This document shows positions 1 to 9,708 of a DNA stretch of 64,000 bases, one piece after another. Position 1 is the first letter of the stretch. Each line of letters starts with the position of its first letter. The stretch covers positions 96,001 to 160,000 of the forward strand of contig CAWIIQ010000002.1 of NCBI GenBank assembly GCA_963836185.1, read 5' to 3'. Both the position numbers and the translations under genes were made by a program. The notes beneath the pieces were generated by a model that made no database searches, was not told the origin of the DNA, and saw only the letters and a program-made list of their open reading frames with translations. Origin of the DNA: Candidatus Krumholzibacteriia bacterium. GTDB taxonomy: Bacteria; Krumholzibacteriota; Krumholzibacteriia; Krumholzibacteriales; Krumholzibacteriaceae.

Positions 1-408
1 AACGGGATGGCGCTCGCCAGGGATATGGGCAAGCCGGTGGTCATCGATTTCTATACATCGTGGTGCCGGTGGTGCAAGGTGATGGACAAGGAAACGTTCA
101 AGGATGAAGAGGTGGCCTCGTACCTCAGCGCGCACTTTATCTCTATAAAACTCAACGCTGAGCAGACGAACACAAAGATCCAGTACGGAGGGCGCACGTA
201 CACTCCCGCCGCCCTCGCCAGGGCGTTCAAGCTGAGGGGCTACCCCTCGGTAGCCTATCTCGACGAGAAGGGCGCGCTGATCTTCGTCGATACAGGGTTC
301 AAGAAGGCCGGCCAGTTCATGGTCAACCTCAAGTATGTAAAAAGCGGGTGCTACAGCAAGGGTGTGTCTATCGAGGAGTTCAGGAGGCGCGGAGGGAAAT
401 GCGACTGA
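1..408 (+). CDS. Thioredoxin-family protein (SoxW/Thioredoxin_2-like), probably 5'-truncated by the window
   Basis: KPVVIDFYTSWCRWCKVMD (CxxC) and RGYPS cis-Pro motif; frame is open back to position 1. Confidence 0.85.
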   Translation, partial: NGMALARDMGKPVVIDFYTSWCRWCKVMDKETFKDEEVASYLSAHFISIKLNAEQTNTKIQYGGRTYTPAALARAFKLRGYPSVAYLDEKGALIFVDTGFKKAGQFMVNLKYVKSGCYSKGVSIEEFRRRGGKCD

Positions 409-507
409 ACGGTCCAGTGACAAAACGTTGACTTGCGCCCGGACGCTGTTCGGGCATATGATACAGTAGTCATGTGATTCACCGACATTTAAACGAGGAA
501 GGCAAAG

Positions 508-1590
508 ATGAGGATAGGAGTGCTTACAGGCGGTGGAGACGCTCCCGGGCTGAATCCGGCGGTGGCCGGAGTAGTGGAGCGGGCGACGATGTACGGTTAC
601 GAAGTGTTGGGACTGAAGAGGGGCTGGGAATCGATCTCGGTAAGGGAGAACGATGGTCATGTGGTGGAGCTGGGTCCCGAGATCATCAGGGAATACAGCA
701 GGCTCGGTGGAAGCAAGCTGCAGTGCAGCCGTACCAATCCTGTCTCAGAGGATAACGACAGGACCGACATAGTAAAAGAGAACATGAAGAAGCTGAAGCT
801 CGACGCGATAGTGGCGATAGGCGGGGAAGACACACTCGGGGCCGCTTCCGTTCTTTTCGACCGGGGGATTCCCGTCGTCGGTATCCCCAAGACTATAGAC
901 CGTGACCTGTACGGCACTGAATACTCCCTCGGATACGATACAGCTCTCAACGTCATCTGCGAGAGCGCACAGCGCATCGCTCATTCGGCCGAGTCTCACC
1001 AGACGATCTTCTTCCTCGAGGTCATGGGGAGGCACGCAGGATGGCTCGCCCTTCGCGGCGGGGAAGCGGCGTTCGCCGACATCATCCTTATTCCCGAGCA
1101 TCCCTTCAGCGTCGGCCATCTCAAGGATGTCCTCCGCGAGCAGCTCGAGATGAGCCGCGACCAGGGATTCGACCAGATCTACAAGATGATCGTCGTATCG
1201 GAAGGATCGCATATCGAGGGCGAGGAGGAGGTCCGCAAGGATACCAAGCTCGACGAGTTCGGGCATTACAGCCTCGGCGGGGTGGGCAACTACCTCAAGG
1301 GACTTCTCGAGCACGATTTCCGCCTGACGAGATATACCGCCCTCGCCTACCTGCAGCGCGGCGCTCAGCCGACCCAGAAAGACAGGGCGATGGGAAGACG
1401 TTTCGGCCATAATGCCGTCGAGATGATAAAGAACGGAGACTACGGGTTTTACGTAGGGGTCCAGAGGGCGAGGCTGGTCAAGGTGCGGATGCCCGAGATA
1501 AGGAAATCCCCCAGCCTGGTCGATGTCGAGAAGCATTACGACACGAAGAGGCTCAACGTAAAGCAGCAGTGGACCGACATGGAGGATTGA
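508..1590 (+). CDS. pfp: 6-phosphofructokinase, probably PPi-dependent (group III-like)
   Basis: GGGDAPG, GGEDT, PKTIDRD and MGR motifs; RBS GAGGAAGG upstream. Confidence 0.85.
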   Translation: MRIGVLTGGGDAPGLNPAVAGVVERATMYGYEVLGLKRGWESISVRENDGHVVELGPEIIREYSRLGGSKLQCSRTNPVSEDNDRTDIVKENMKKLKLDAIVAIGGEDTLGAASVLFDRGIPVVGIPKTIDRDLYGTEYSLGYDTALNVICESAQRIAHSAESHQTIFFLEVMGRHAGWLALRGGEAAFADIILIPEHPFSVGHLKDVLREQLEMSRDQGFDQIYKMIVVSEGSHIEGEEEVRKDTKLDEFGHYSLGGVGNYLKGLLEHDFRLTRYTALAYLQRGAQPTQKDRAMGRRFGHNAVEMIKNGDYGFYVGVQRARLVKVRMPEIRKSPSLVDVEKHYDTKRLNVKQQWTDMED

Positions 1591-1604
1591 CCGCCCGGTC
1601 TTTG

Positions 1605-2762
1605 TCAGTCGCGCCTGAACAGGGCCACCGACTCCACGTGATATGTCCCCGGGAACATGTCGATGAGGTGTATCTCGGAAGGCGTCCATTGCGCCTCGAC
1701 GAGTCTCGCCGCGTCGCGCGCGAATGTCGGCGCGTCGCATGAGACCATGATGATCTCTCTCGGGCGCAGCTTGATTATCGATTTCAGGACGCTCGCCGGT
1801 ATCCCGGACCTGGGCGGATCAGTCAGGACGAGATCGATCTCCCCTATCCTGGAGAATCCCCTCTCGGCAGTTTCCCTTATGAATTTGACATTGGCTGCCT
1901 TGTTCAGCCTGGCCGATGCGACGGCGTTCTTGTGGGCCTGCCGCTGGACCTCGATCCCCACCACGTCTATCGCTCTGCGGGCCATCGGGAGGGAAAAGAA
2001 ACCGACCCCGCAGTAGAGGTCGAGAAACTTTTTCGCCGTCTGTGTCGGGAGGGATACAGCCAGATCCATCAGAGAGTCGTTGAGATAGCGGTTTATCTGG
2101 AAGAACGCCTCCGGATAGACGGGGAAGCTGAAATCGCCCGCCTTCATAAGGATATCGGGCGGGCTGATCACGCCTTCGACGCCCCAGAAATGAATGGCGC
2201 CGAAACTGTCCAGCCTTGACCTTACCTTTGTGCCCGGCGTCAGCGCTTCCGGATCGAGTGCCGATATGGCCTCTCTCATCTCGGGCGGAAGCAGAAGGCA
2301 TCCCTGAGCGGGAAAGGGGACGATCTCGCTTGATTCCCTCTTTGAGAAGCCGGCCACACCGCCGGAGCCGACCTTGAACAGGGCGTGATTGCGGTAGCCG
2401 AAGCGTTCCGGGCATGGAGTATACGAGGCGATTTCCATATCGATCTTGCCGATGCGCTTCAGCGTCGAAAGGAATGTCTCTTTCTTGATCCTCGTTTCTT
2501 CCTCGTAATCGAGATGGAGGAAATGGCACCCTCCACACCGGCCGAAGACCGGACATTGCGCTTCCCGCCTCGACGGGGAAGGCTCTACTATTCCCGTTAT
2601 CTCGCCGAAGAGACAGTTCTTCTTTTTCTTTGTGACGGTGAATTCGACCGTATCGCCTGAGGCGGCGTAAGGCAGAAACAGGGTCATGTCCTCGAACCAG
2701 GCCAGCCCAAGGCCTCCGTATACGACTTTCTCTATCCTTGTTTTTCCGGTTTTTCCTTCCAT
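1605..2762 (-). CDS. rlmD: 23S rRNA m5U methyltransferase, RlmD/TrmA family, with TRAM domain
   Basis: CPVFGRCGGC Fe-S motif, FFQIN, LDLYCGVG, DPPR, catalytic SC, DMFPGTYHVE. Confidence 0.85.
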   Translation of the reverse strand: MEGKTGKTRIEKVVYGGLGLAWFEDMTLFLPYAASGDTVEFTVTKKKKNCLFGEITGIVEPSPSRREAQCPVFGRCGGCHFLHLDYEEETRIKKETFLSTLKRIGKIDMEIASYTPCPERFGYRNHALFKVGSGGVAGFSKRESSEIVPFPAQGCLLLPPEMREAISALDPEALTPGTKVRSRLDSFGAIHFWGVEGVISPPDILMKAGDFSFPVYPEAFFQINRYLNDSLMDLAVSLPTQTAKKFLDLYCGVGFFSLPMARRAIDVVGIEVQRQAHKNAVASARLNKAANVKFIRETAERGFSRIGEIDLVLTDPPRSGIPASVLKSIIKLRPREIIMVSCDAPTFARDAARLVEAQWTPSEIHLIDMFPGTYHVESVALFRRD

Positions 2763-2891
2763 GGGGAATACTATATGTCAATGGCCTCCTGAAATCTACA
2801 CTTTACCGCCCGGCCTCCTGCGCATATTATTCTCCAATACGTCTTACACGCATTACGGCGGCACTGGGCGCCAATTCAGCGGGAGATTTAT

Positions 2892-4103
2892 TTGCGCATC
2901 GGAATGGTGCTTCAGACGACTATACCTCCGCACGATATCCGGGTGGAAAAGGAAGCAGGGACCCTCATCTCGGAAGGGCACGAGGTCCATCTCCTCCTGG
3001 AGGGTGCCGGGGGGCAGCCTCGCGAGGAGATGTGGGAGGGGATGCATCTGCTGCGCGGAGTGAGGATGAGCAGCGCGAGGGAGAAATTTCACAGGTACAC
3101 TTTCAATTTCACCTTCCGGGACAGGCTCTGGCGGCGGGCGATGACCGATTTCGTAAGGAGCAGGAAGATAGATGTCCTGCACGTGCACGACCTTCCGCTC
3201 GTCGGCGAGGCTGTCCGCGTCGGAAGGGCCGAGGGCATACCCGTCGTTGCAGACCTCCACGAGAACTTTCCCGGGGGGCTGCAGGTCTGGTATACCAGCG
3301 GGTGGAAAAAGAAGACGATATACAATTTCGGCCGGTGGTCGCGTTACGAGAGGGAGATCCTGGGAGAAGTCGACGCGGTGATCGCCGTTGTCGAGGAATC
3401 AAAGAAGCGGCTCGAGGGGATCGGGGTGCCCGGCGAAAAGATATTCGTCGTATCGAACACGGCACACCGCAAGGGGGAGGAAACCCCCGTAGATCTCGAT
3501 ATCCTCGAGAAATACCGTGACAGGTTCGTGATCTCGTATGTAGGCAAGTTCTCGGCTCACCGGGGACTCGATGTGATAATCGGCGCGATGCCTGAGCTGC
3601 GCGAAAAGGTGTCCGATATACTTCTTCTTCTGGTCGGCGACAGGAACAAGCCGTACATGGATTACCTGGTCCGCCTCGTTGACAGGCTGGGATGCGGTGA
3701 CGTCGTAGAGATGACCGGCTGGCAGACCTTCGACAGGATCTGGAGCTACATACACGCGAGCGATGTCTGCCTTGTTCCGCACCAGAGGAATCCGCATACC
3801 GATACGACTATTCCTCACAAGATATTCCAGTACATGATGCTGGGCAAGCCGGTGCTCGTTAGCGACTGCCCGCCCCTTGCGAGGGTGATCACAGATTCAG
3901 GCGGCGGGCTGGTCTTCAGATACGACGATCCGGATGATTTCGCCGCGAAAGTCAGGCAGCTGCGTGACGATGCGGACCTTCGCGTGAAGGTCTCCGAAGC
4001 GGGGAGAGAAGCGTTTCTCGACAGATACAACTGGGAAAAGACAAGCGGGGAGCTGATAAGGCTGTACGAAGGCATCGGCCGCAGTCAGGGAGGAAAAAAT
4101 TGA
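2892..4103 (+). CDS. Glycosyltransferase family 4
   Basis: [27 protein letters not shown]-terminal YNWE; TTG start after GGGAG. Confidence 0.9.
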   Translation: MRIGMVLQTTIPPHDIRVEKEAGTLISEGHEVHLLLEGAGGQPREEMWEGMHLLRGVRMSSAREKFHRYTFNFTFRDRLWRRAMTDFVRSRKIDVLHVHDLPLVGEAVRVGRAEGIPVVADLHENFPGGLQVWYTSGWKKKTIYNFGRWSRYEREILGEVDAVIAVVEESKKRLEGIGVPGEKIFVVSNTAHRKGEETPVDLDILEKYRDRFVISYVGKFSAHRGLDVIIGAMPELREKVSDILLLLVGDRNKPYMDYLVRLVDRLGCGDVVEMTGWQTFDRIWSYIHASDVCLVPHQRNPHTDTTIPHKIFQYMMLGKPVLVSDCPPLARVITDSGGGLVFRYDDPDDFAAKVRQLRDDADLRVKVSEAGREAFLDRYNWEKTSGELIRLYEGIGRSQGGKN

Positions 4104-5203
4104 AGGTAAAACTGCTCGATCTCACAGCTCAGTATGAAAATATTCGCGCAGAGGTGATGGAAGCGGTCACTGAGGTCTTCGATTCGCAGTACTTTATCAT
4201 GGGCCCGAAGGTGGCGGAGCTCGAAAAGGAGATCGCCGGATACTGTGACACGAAAGACGCAGTCGGCGTGGCATCGGGCAGCGACGCGATCCTCCTCGCC
4301 CTCATGGCGCTCGGGCTCGGCCCGGGTGACGAGGTGATAACTACGCCCTATACCTTTTTCTCAACGGTCAGCAGCATTACGAGACTCGGTGCCCGGCCCG
4401 TTTTCGCCGATATCGATCCCATCACGTACAATATCGATCCGGCCGCTGTTGCGGCCGCTGTCACAGACAGGACAAAAGCGATCCTCATAGTCCACCTTTA
4501 CGGGCAGATGGCAGAGATGGACCCGATACTCGAAGTCGCGGGCGCGCGCGGGATACCGGTCATCGAGGATGCCTGCCAGGCGATAGGTGCTGAATACAAG
4601 GGACGCAAGGCAGGTTCGATCGGGCTTGCCGGTTGTTTTTCCTTTTTCCCCTCGAAGAACCTCGGCGGGGCCGGCGACGGCGGCATCATAACTACGAGCG
4701 ATGAGAAGCTCGCCGGGGACCTGCGCCGGCTGCGGAATCATGGAGGCAGGGAGAGGTACTACCACGACGAGGTGGGTATCAACAGCCGCCTCGATGCCCT
4801 GCAGGCGGCCGTCCTGCTCGTCAAGCTGAGGCACCTCGACGCCTGGAGCGACGGCCGTATCTCGAATGCGGCCCGGTATGACCGTATGCTTGGCGGTATC
4901 GAGGGGGTTACGACTCCGGCGGTCAGCGAGGGAAACCGCCATATCTACAACCAGTATGTGATCCGGGCCCGGCGGCGCGACGATCTCAAGTCTTTCCTGC
5001 AGGAGAACGATATCGGATGCGAGATCTATTATCCCGTTCCGCTTCACCTTCAGAAATGTTTCTCTTTCCTTGGCGGGGCCGAGGGAGATTGTCCCGAGTC
5101 GGAAAGGGCGGCGCTCGAGACGCTTGCGCTTCCGATCTTTACCGAACTGACACCTGAGATGCAGGAGTATGCCGCGGGGAAGATCGTGGAGTTCTACCGG
5201 TAG
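4100..5203 (+). CDS. DegT/DnrJ/EryC1/StrS PLP-dependent sugar aminotransferase
   Basis: [22 protein letters not shown] (PLP lysine), [10 protein letters not shown]. Confidence 0.95.
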   Translation: MKVKLLDLTAQYENIRAEVMEAVTEVFDSQYFIMGPKVAELEKEIAGYCDTKDAVGVASGSDAILLALMALGLGPGDEVITTPYTFFSTVSSITRLGARPVFADIDPITYNIDPAAVAAAVTDRTKAILIVHLYGQMAEMDPILEVAGARGIPVIEDACQAIGAEYKGRKAGSIGLAGCFSFFPSKNLGGAGDGGIITTSDEKLAGDLRRLRNHGGRERYYHDEVGINSRLDALQAAVLLVKLRHLDAWSDGRISNAARYDRMLGGIEGVTTPAVSEGNRHIYNQYVIRARRRDDLKSFLQENDIGCEIYYPVPLHLQKCFSFLGGAEGDCPESERAALETLALPIFTELTPEMQEYAAGKIVEFYR

Positions 5204-5247
5204 GCGACAGCCTGCCCGCATCAGTTGGCCGGACAGTGGAGGCTCTC

Positions 5248-6387
5248 TTGAAGATCGTCTGTTTTTCGGAGATCCAGTGGCACTATGTCAGGACGCGCAA
5301 GCAGCAGATCCTGTCGAGGTTCCCGGATGACCGCAGGATCCTCTTCCTGTCAACGGTAGTCAGGGGAAGGCGAAGCAATTTCAGGCCCGAGAGGGACGGC
5401 AATGTCGTGCATGCCTGTGTCCCAGTTCTCAAGAATTTCCCGCAGAAATGGGCCAGGGCTCTCTTTTCTTTCCCTCCGGCGAGGTTTCTCTGGAACGTGA
5501 TGCTTTTCGTATGGCTGAAAATACTACTGCGGGCGACCGGATTTCATCGAAGCGACCGGGTATTCTACGTATCGAACGTTTACTATGCCCCTGTCCTTCC
5601 CCTGCTTTCGAGAAAGCTCATGCTTTACGACTGCAATGACGATCCGGCCTCTTTCCCGAATGTGCCGGGATGGGTCCAGGGCTGCTTCGAGAGGGTCGCG
5701 CGTGATGCTGACGTCGTGACGGCGGTCAGCGCCGGACTCGTCGAAAGGCTCAATGAAGCGGGCGCTGGAGACGCGGTGCTTCTGGGGAACGGCGTCGATT
5801 ACGATATGTTCCAGAGGTCCGCCGCGGCCGGTATCCCGGACGATATGAATGTCCTGGGGCGCCCGGTGATCGGATATGTGGGCGCCATCGCGCAGTGGTT
5901 CGATTTCGAGCTGGTTGAGATGATCGCGAGGAGGTTCCCGGGGGCGTCGATCGCCCTGATAGGGCCTGTCTTCCGGGAAGTGGAGGAGGCGGCGCGACGG
6001 CTAGCGGAAGAGAGAAAGAATGTCGTCTTCATGGGCGAGAAGAAGTATGACGATCTCGGGGCTTACCTTTCATCGATGGATGTATGCATGATTCCGCTCG
6101 AGGTAAACGAGCTTCGCCGCCTGGCGGATCCGAATAAACTCTACGAATACGCCGCCGCGGGCAGGCCGATCGTCACCATGGCCTTTTCTGAATATGTCGA
6201 ATCTCTCGATGGACTCGTATATGTGGCGCGTTCGCGCGGGGAGTTTGCAGACAAGGTCGAGGAAGCCCTCGGAAAGGGAGATGATTCGGAGGCCCTGCGG
6301 GAATTCGCACGCGCGAGAAGCTGGCAGAGCCGGGCCGATGAGATGACCGGGCTTATCGATGAGGCATTAGAAAAGAAACTGAATTGA
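5248..6387 (+). CDS. GT-B glycosyltransferase (TuaH-like)
   Basis: YDCNDD, NGVD, GYVGAIAQWFD, PNKLYEYAAAGRPIV; TTG start chosen from the GGAGG RBS. Confidence 0.85.
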   Translation: MKIVCFSEIQWHYVRTRKQQILSRFPDDRRILFLSTVVRGRRSNFRPERDGNVVHACVPVLKNFPQKWARALFSFPPARFLWNVMLFVWLKILLRATGFHRSDRVFYVSNVYYAPVLPLLSRKLMLYDCNDDPASFPNVPGWVQGCFERVARDADVVTAVSAGLVERLNEAGAGDAVLLGNGVDYDMFQRSAAAGIPDDMNVLGRPVIGYVGAIAQWFDFELVEMIARRFPGASIALIGPVFREVEEAARRLAEERKNVVFMGEKKYDDLGAYLSSMDVCMIPLEVNELRRLADPNKLYEYAAAGRPIVTMAFSEYVESLDGLVYVARSRGEFADKVEEALGKGDDSEALREFARARSWQSRADEMTGLIDEALEKKLN

Positions 6388-6414
6388 ATCCGGACTTATC
6401 ATGAAAGGAGCAGC

Positions 6415-7659
6415 ATGAAAAAGATCATTTCGCTAGCGGCGGCCATGGCATTAACGGTGGCCGTCATCTTCGTGGCCGGTATCCTGCCGTCCTGTTCAGG
6501 CGAAAAGGATACTGGCGGCACGTCGGACCTCTATCTCCTCGAGGAGCTGGAAACTGCCCGCTCGGTCGAGGATCCGGACAAGAGGATCGAGAGGCTCGAG
6601 ATCTTCGCGGCCAACAATGAGGGTCACCCATACCGGTCCATGGCGCTCGAGAGCATCATGGAGACGATGGCTGTCGATAAGGGTGACGTCGAGGGAGCGC
6701 TCGCTTTTTTCGATGTGTTGATGGATGAAGAGACTGACCCTGCGATCCGCGGGAAGCTTCTTTTCGCGAAGTTCGAATTCTTCTGGGAATCTGATTCGCT
6801 GCAGTCGGTCGCTCTCGCGAAGGATGTGATCGACAGCGAAGAGACTGATTTCAGGCTCCTTATGTACATGGCCTATTACCTGATGGGAGCGGAGGGACAG
6901 GAGGAGGTCGCCGACGCCGTATTCTCGCGGCTCATCGAGGTGACGGACGATGAGCACAGGAAGAATCATGCCCGCACTATCTATGCCGAGTTCCTCGAGG
7001 CCGGGGAGCGCGGGGAGGAAGCGGCAGCGGTGCTCGAACTTGCCTCGTCATATACCTTCGCCAACGCTCCCCTGGGGCGCATGCTCTGGGATGAAGGAAA
7101 CCGCGAAGAGGCTCTGGAGAAATATATATCCCTGTCGGCCGGGGCTCCCGGATACCGGAAATATATCAAGCTGGACAGCCTATACGCGATAGTCCATCCG
7201 GAACCGAACGATCTCGAATCGAGGATTGCGGAGCTCAGGATAATCGATGGCCCGCAGATTCCGGACAGGGAGTTTGTCGATATCCGGGGGATGCAGCATT
7301 CGATCTCCGGCTACCGCGGGACGAAGATGGTGATAACAGCCTTCAGCCCCACCTGACCTCCCTGTATTGCGGAGTTGCCGCAAATGGAGGAACTGAAGAA
7401 GGAAGAAGAGACCCTCGGGTTCAAGCTGCTTCTGATAGACGGGAAGGGGATGCTCGGAAAGACCCGCGGTATCATGGATGACAAGGGAGTCACGATACCG
7501 GTGCTTCTTGACAGCCATCAGTATTCACGGGAGGTACTCGGTACGATGTATACCCCGACTACCTACGTGATCGACGCGGCGGGAATGGTGAGGTGCCGGC
7601 TCGTCGGGCATTCGGATGATTTCAACGGGATAATCGCCGATGTACTGAGCCGGATATAG
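6415..7659 (+). CDS. Putative selenoprotein: lipoprotein with helical N-terminal domain and C-terminal TlpA/ResA-like thiol-disulfide oxidoreductase domain (UxxC, Sec at TGA 7354-7356)
   Basis: ORFs 6415-7356 and 7375-7659 share a frame; read-through gives TAFSPT-U-PPCIAELPQMEEL...YTPTTYVID; lipobox LPSC; hairpin follows the UGA. Confidence 0.85.
7357..7390 (+). promoter_or_regulatory. Bacterial SECIS-like hairpin
   Basis: CCTCC/GGAGG lower stem, TTGCGG/CCGCAA upper stem, apical loop AGTTG with G at position 2, 16 nt between UGA and loop. Confidence 0.75.
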
Positions 7660-7671
7660 CCGATTCCGGAC

Positions 7672-7794
7672 AAAAAAAAGGCGGGGACCGTGCCTGAAAA
7701 AAGGGGTGGGGTTCTCGTCACGTTGTCTGTCGAAGTTGCTTCGCAGTCCAGACGAGAACCCCGGAGGGGTGTTCCCCGAACAATTGGGTCTCGC
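7672..7794 (-). ncRNA. Structured small RNA (~120 nt), candidate short 6S RNA
   Basis: Rod-like fold: 5'/3' end pairing, UGUU/GGCA helix, C-rich central bubble, perfect 12-bp GGGGUUCUCGUC/GACGAGAACCCC stem, terminal U8; own promoter. Confidence 0.6.
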
Positions 7795-7800
7795 ATCTAC

Positions 7801-7828
7801 AAGATAACAAAGAATCGTTATAAGTCAA
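7801..7828 (-). promoter_or_regulatory. Sigma70-type promoter for the small RNA
   Basis: Minus strand TTGACT-16 nt-TATCTT with extended -10 TGn, AT-rich upstream; predicted TSS ~7794. Confidence 0.7.
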
Positions 7829-7891
7829 GAATTATTATGTGACAAAATCTGTCAGTTATTCCAGTTATCCTCGTATCAGCTATATATTCAG

Positions 7892-9493
7892 TTAGATACC
7901 AACTCCAACAGGTTCTCCGGCAGTGATAGTGATCATCGCTTCCGATACCTGCTCATGGAGCTCATGGGAAATTTCGAGTTTTTCCGCCCTTTCGAGGACC
8001 GCGACCGCTTCCCTGCTGTCTCCCATTTCTGAATCGAGGACTTTCGCAAGGGCTATCGATGACTTGGCGGTCACCGAGGGAACATTGTTGCACGTGATGA
8101 TGAACCTGTGGATGTCTACCGCCTCGGGAAAATGACCCTGCGACGAGAGCCATTTCGCCGACCTGAGCAGCAGCTGGGGATTGACGTCGACCGACGCGGG
8201 GGACCTGTCCTCGATTATCTCCAGCGCCAGTCTCGCCGCTTCCTCGTTACGGGATTTGAGCAGCAGGTTCTTCAGCACCTTCTCGTTTATCTCGCAGCAC
8301 TCGTCGCTCATCCCATGTTCCCTGTAGAGGACCGCGATGTCCTGCTGAAGTCCGAGGTCCTGCGGACGCTCGCTGACAAGAGTGCCGAAGAGAAGTCTGG
8401 CCCGCTCGATGTTGCCCGAGGAAAGGAGCTCGCATGCCTCGTCGAATCTCGGATCCTTGAGCACCCCGTTGTCGACCCTCGCCTTCTGGACCGATGGATC
8501 GATCCATTTCGCTTCGACTCCCGTCGCCTTGAATACGAGCGCCGTGACAACTCCTCCCATGTATCCGGCAATGTGCGCTACGTATGCCACTCCGGAACCA
8601 CCCATGAAATCGGAAAGTTCTTTGAACGCGACCTGTTGTATGAACCAGAATGGCAGGAATACGAACGCGGGCAGGTAGAAGGTTCCCCAGAACGGCCGGA
8701 ATAAGAGAAGGAAAAAGTAGAAGAACTTTATCTTTGTCATGAAATGCCTGACCGTGAACGCGCCCATCGCCGCGGCGATCGCTCCCGACGCGCCGATCAT
8801 CGGAACTGTCGATCCTGAATCGGATAGGCAGTGCGCCAGGCCGGCGAAGATCCCTCCGAGGAGGTAGAATCCCAGGAATGTCTTTCTGCCCCAGGTGTCC
8901 TCCAGAAGACATCCGACTACCCACAGAAAGAGCATATTTCCGAGGAGGTGCCAGATGTCGCCGTGCAGGAACATATGCGTGATAAATGTGTGGACCCTTC
9001 CCATCCTGCTCGGAACGAGGCCGAGTGCGTAGTTGACATGGCTGTCCAGGACCTTTGCCTCTCTTTCCTTGAGTCTCTTCCAGTCGGTAAAATCGCTCGC
9101 TTCCTGGCTGAATTCCGGGTAGTACGATTCGCCCCTCTCGGTAAGGTCCAGTCCGAACGCTTCGATATCTTTGAACGCGTCGTAAGATCCGCCCATTGCC
9201 GCCATCAGGCCGATCTCGAGATCGTAGTAGTCTTCGGCGTACTCCATTCTCTCGATCCCGCTCGCCTCTTCGGGGCTGATGTACCCGGGCAGGCCGCTTT
9301 CGCCGTTCTTTTCCATGACGTACAGGCGTACCTGCTGGGTATAAAGGTCCCGGTGGACCCGGAACATATCTTCCCCGGTCTGCCCCGACATCGAGGTCGC
9401 GATGATATGCACTACTACGCATGCAGCGATAAGTCCGATCGTGATTTTAGGCTTGAGTGCCAGATCGGCCTTGGTTCCTATGGGGATGATCAT
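7892..9493 (-). CDS. Rhomboid family intramembrane serine protease with C-terminal TPR-like helical domain
   Basis: THMFLHGDIWHLLGNM, IGASG (Ser), AHIAG (His); ATG at 9493 (MIIPIG) after GGAAGAAAGG. Confidence 0.9.
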   Translation of the reverse strand: MIIPIGTKADLALKPKITIGLIAACVVVHIIATSMSGQTGEDMFRVHRDLYTQQVRLYVMEKNGESGLPGYISPEEASGIERMEYAEDYYDLEIGLMAAMGGSYDAFKDIEAFGLDLTERGESYYPEFSQEASDFTDWKRLKEREAKVLDSHVNYALGLVPSRMGRVHTFITHMFLHGDIWHLLGNMLFLWVVGCLLEDTWGRKTFLGFYLLGGIFAGLAHCLSDSGSTVPMIGASGAIAAAMGAFTVRHFMTKIKFFYFFLLLFRPFWGTFYLPAFVFLPFWFIQQVAFKELSDFMGGSGVAYVAHIAGYMGGVVTALVFKATGVEAKWIDPSVQKARVDNGVLKDPRFDEACELLSSGNIERARLLFGTLVSERPQDLGLQQDIAVLYREHGMSDECCEINEKVLKNLLLKSRNEEAARLALEIIEDRSPASVDVNPQLLLRSAKWLSSQGHFPEAVDIHRFIITCNNVPSVTAKSSIALAKVLDSEMGDSREAVAVLERAEKLEISHELHEQVSEAMITITAGEPVGVGI

Positions 9494-9708
9494 GAGCGGA
9501 CCTTTCTTCCAGTCGCCTTTCCTCGCGGAAGGTGGACGTTGCAATATGAGACTGCCCGTAGGGCAGCCGGAAATATCACTGCCGGGCGTGCTGTATAACC
9601 GCTTGTAATCAAATATCTTGTTTAGCTGTTCCCGTCCCGGCCGACCGTTTCGTGAAGTAATCTGCAAGAAGGATTCCAGACCCGTGCCGGAAGGTGGAAG
9701 AGGGGCCT

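Noticed and set aside
7375-7659. Separate 94-aa ORF
   Set aside because: It is half a thioredoxin fold without the active site; better explained as the post-UGA part of the selenoprotein.
7700-7765. SRP (4.5S) RNA or tRNA-Sec as identity of the structured RNA
   Set aside because: No GGAA-tetraloop SRP domain IV motif, no cloverleaf and no UCA anticodon arm.
7563-7796. 77-aa minus-strand ORF over the small RNA
   Set aside because: ATG sits at the predicted TSS with no RBS, the ORF crosses the U-tract and overlaps the opposite gene; RNA structure explains the region better.
9494-9708. Hairpin CTGCCC-GTA-GGGCAG and possible sigma54 site or riboswitch upstream of the rhomboid gene
   Set aside because: GG-to-GC spacing does not fit -24/-12 and no riboswitch consensus was recognisable.
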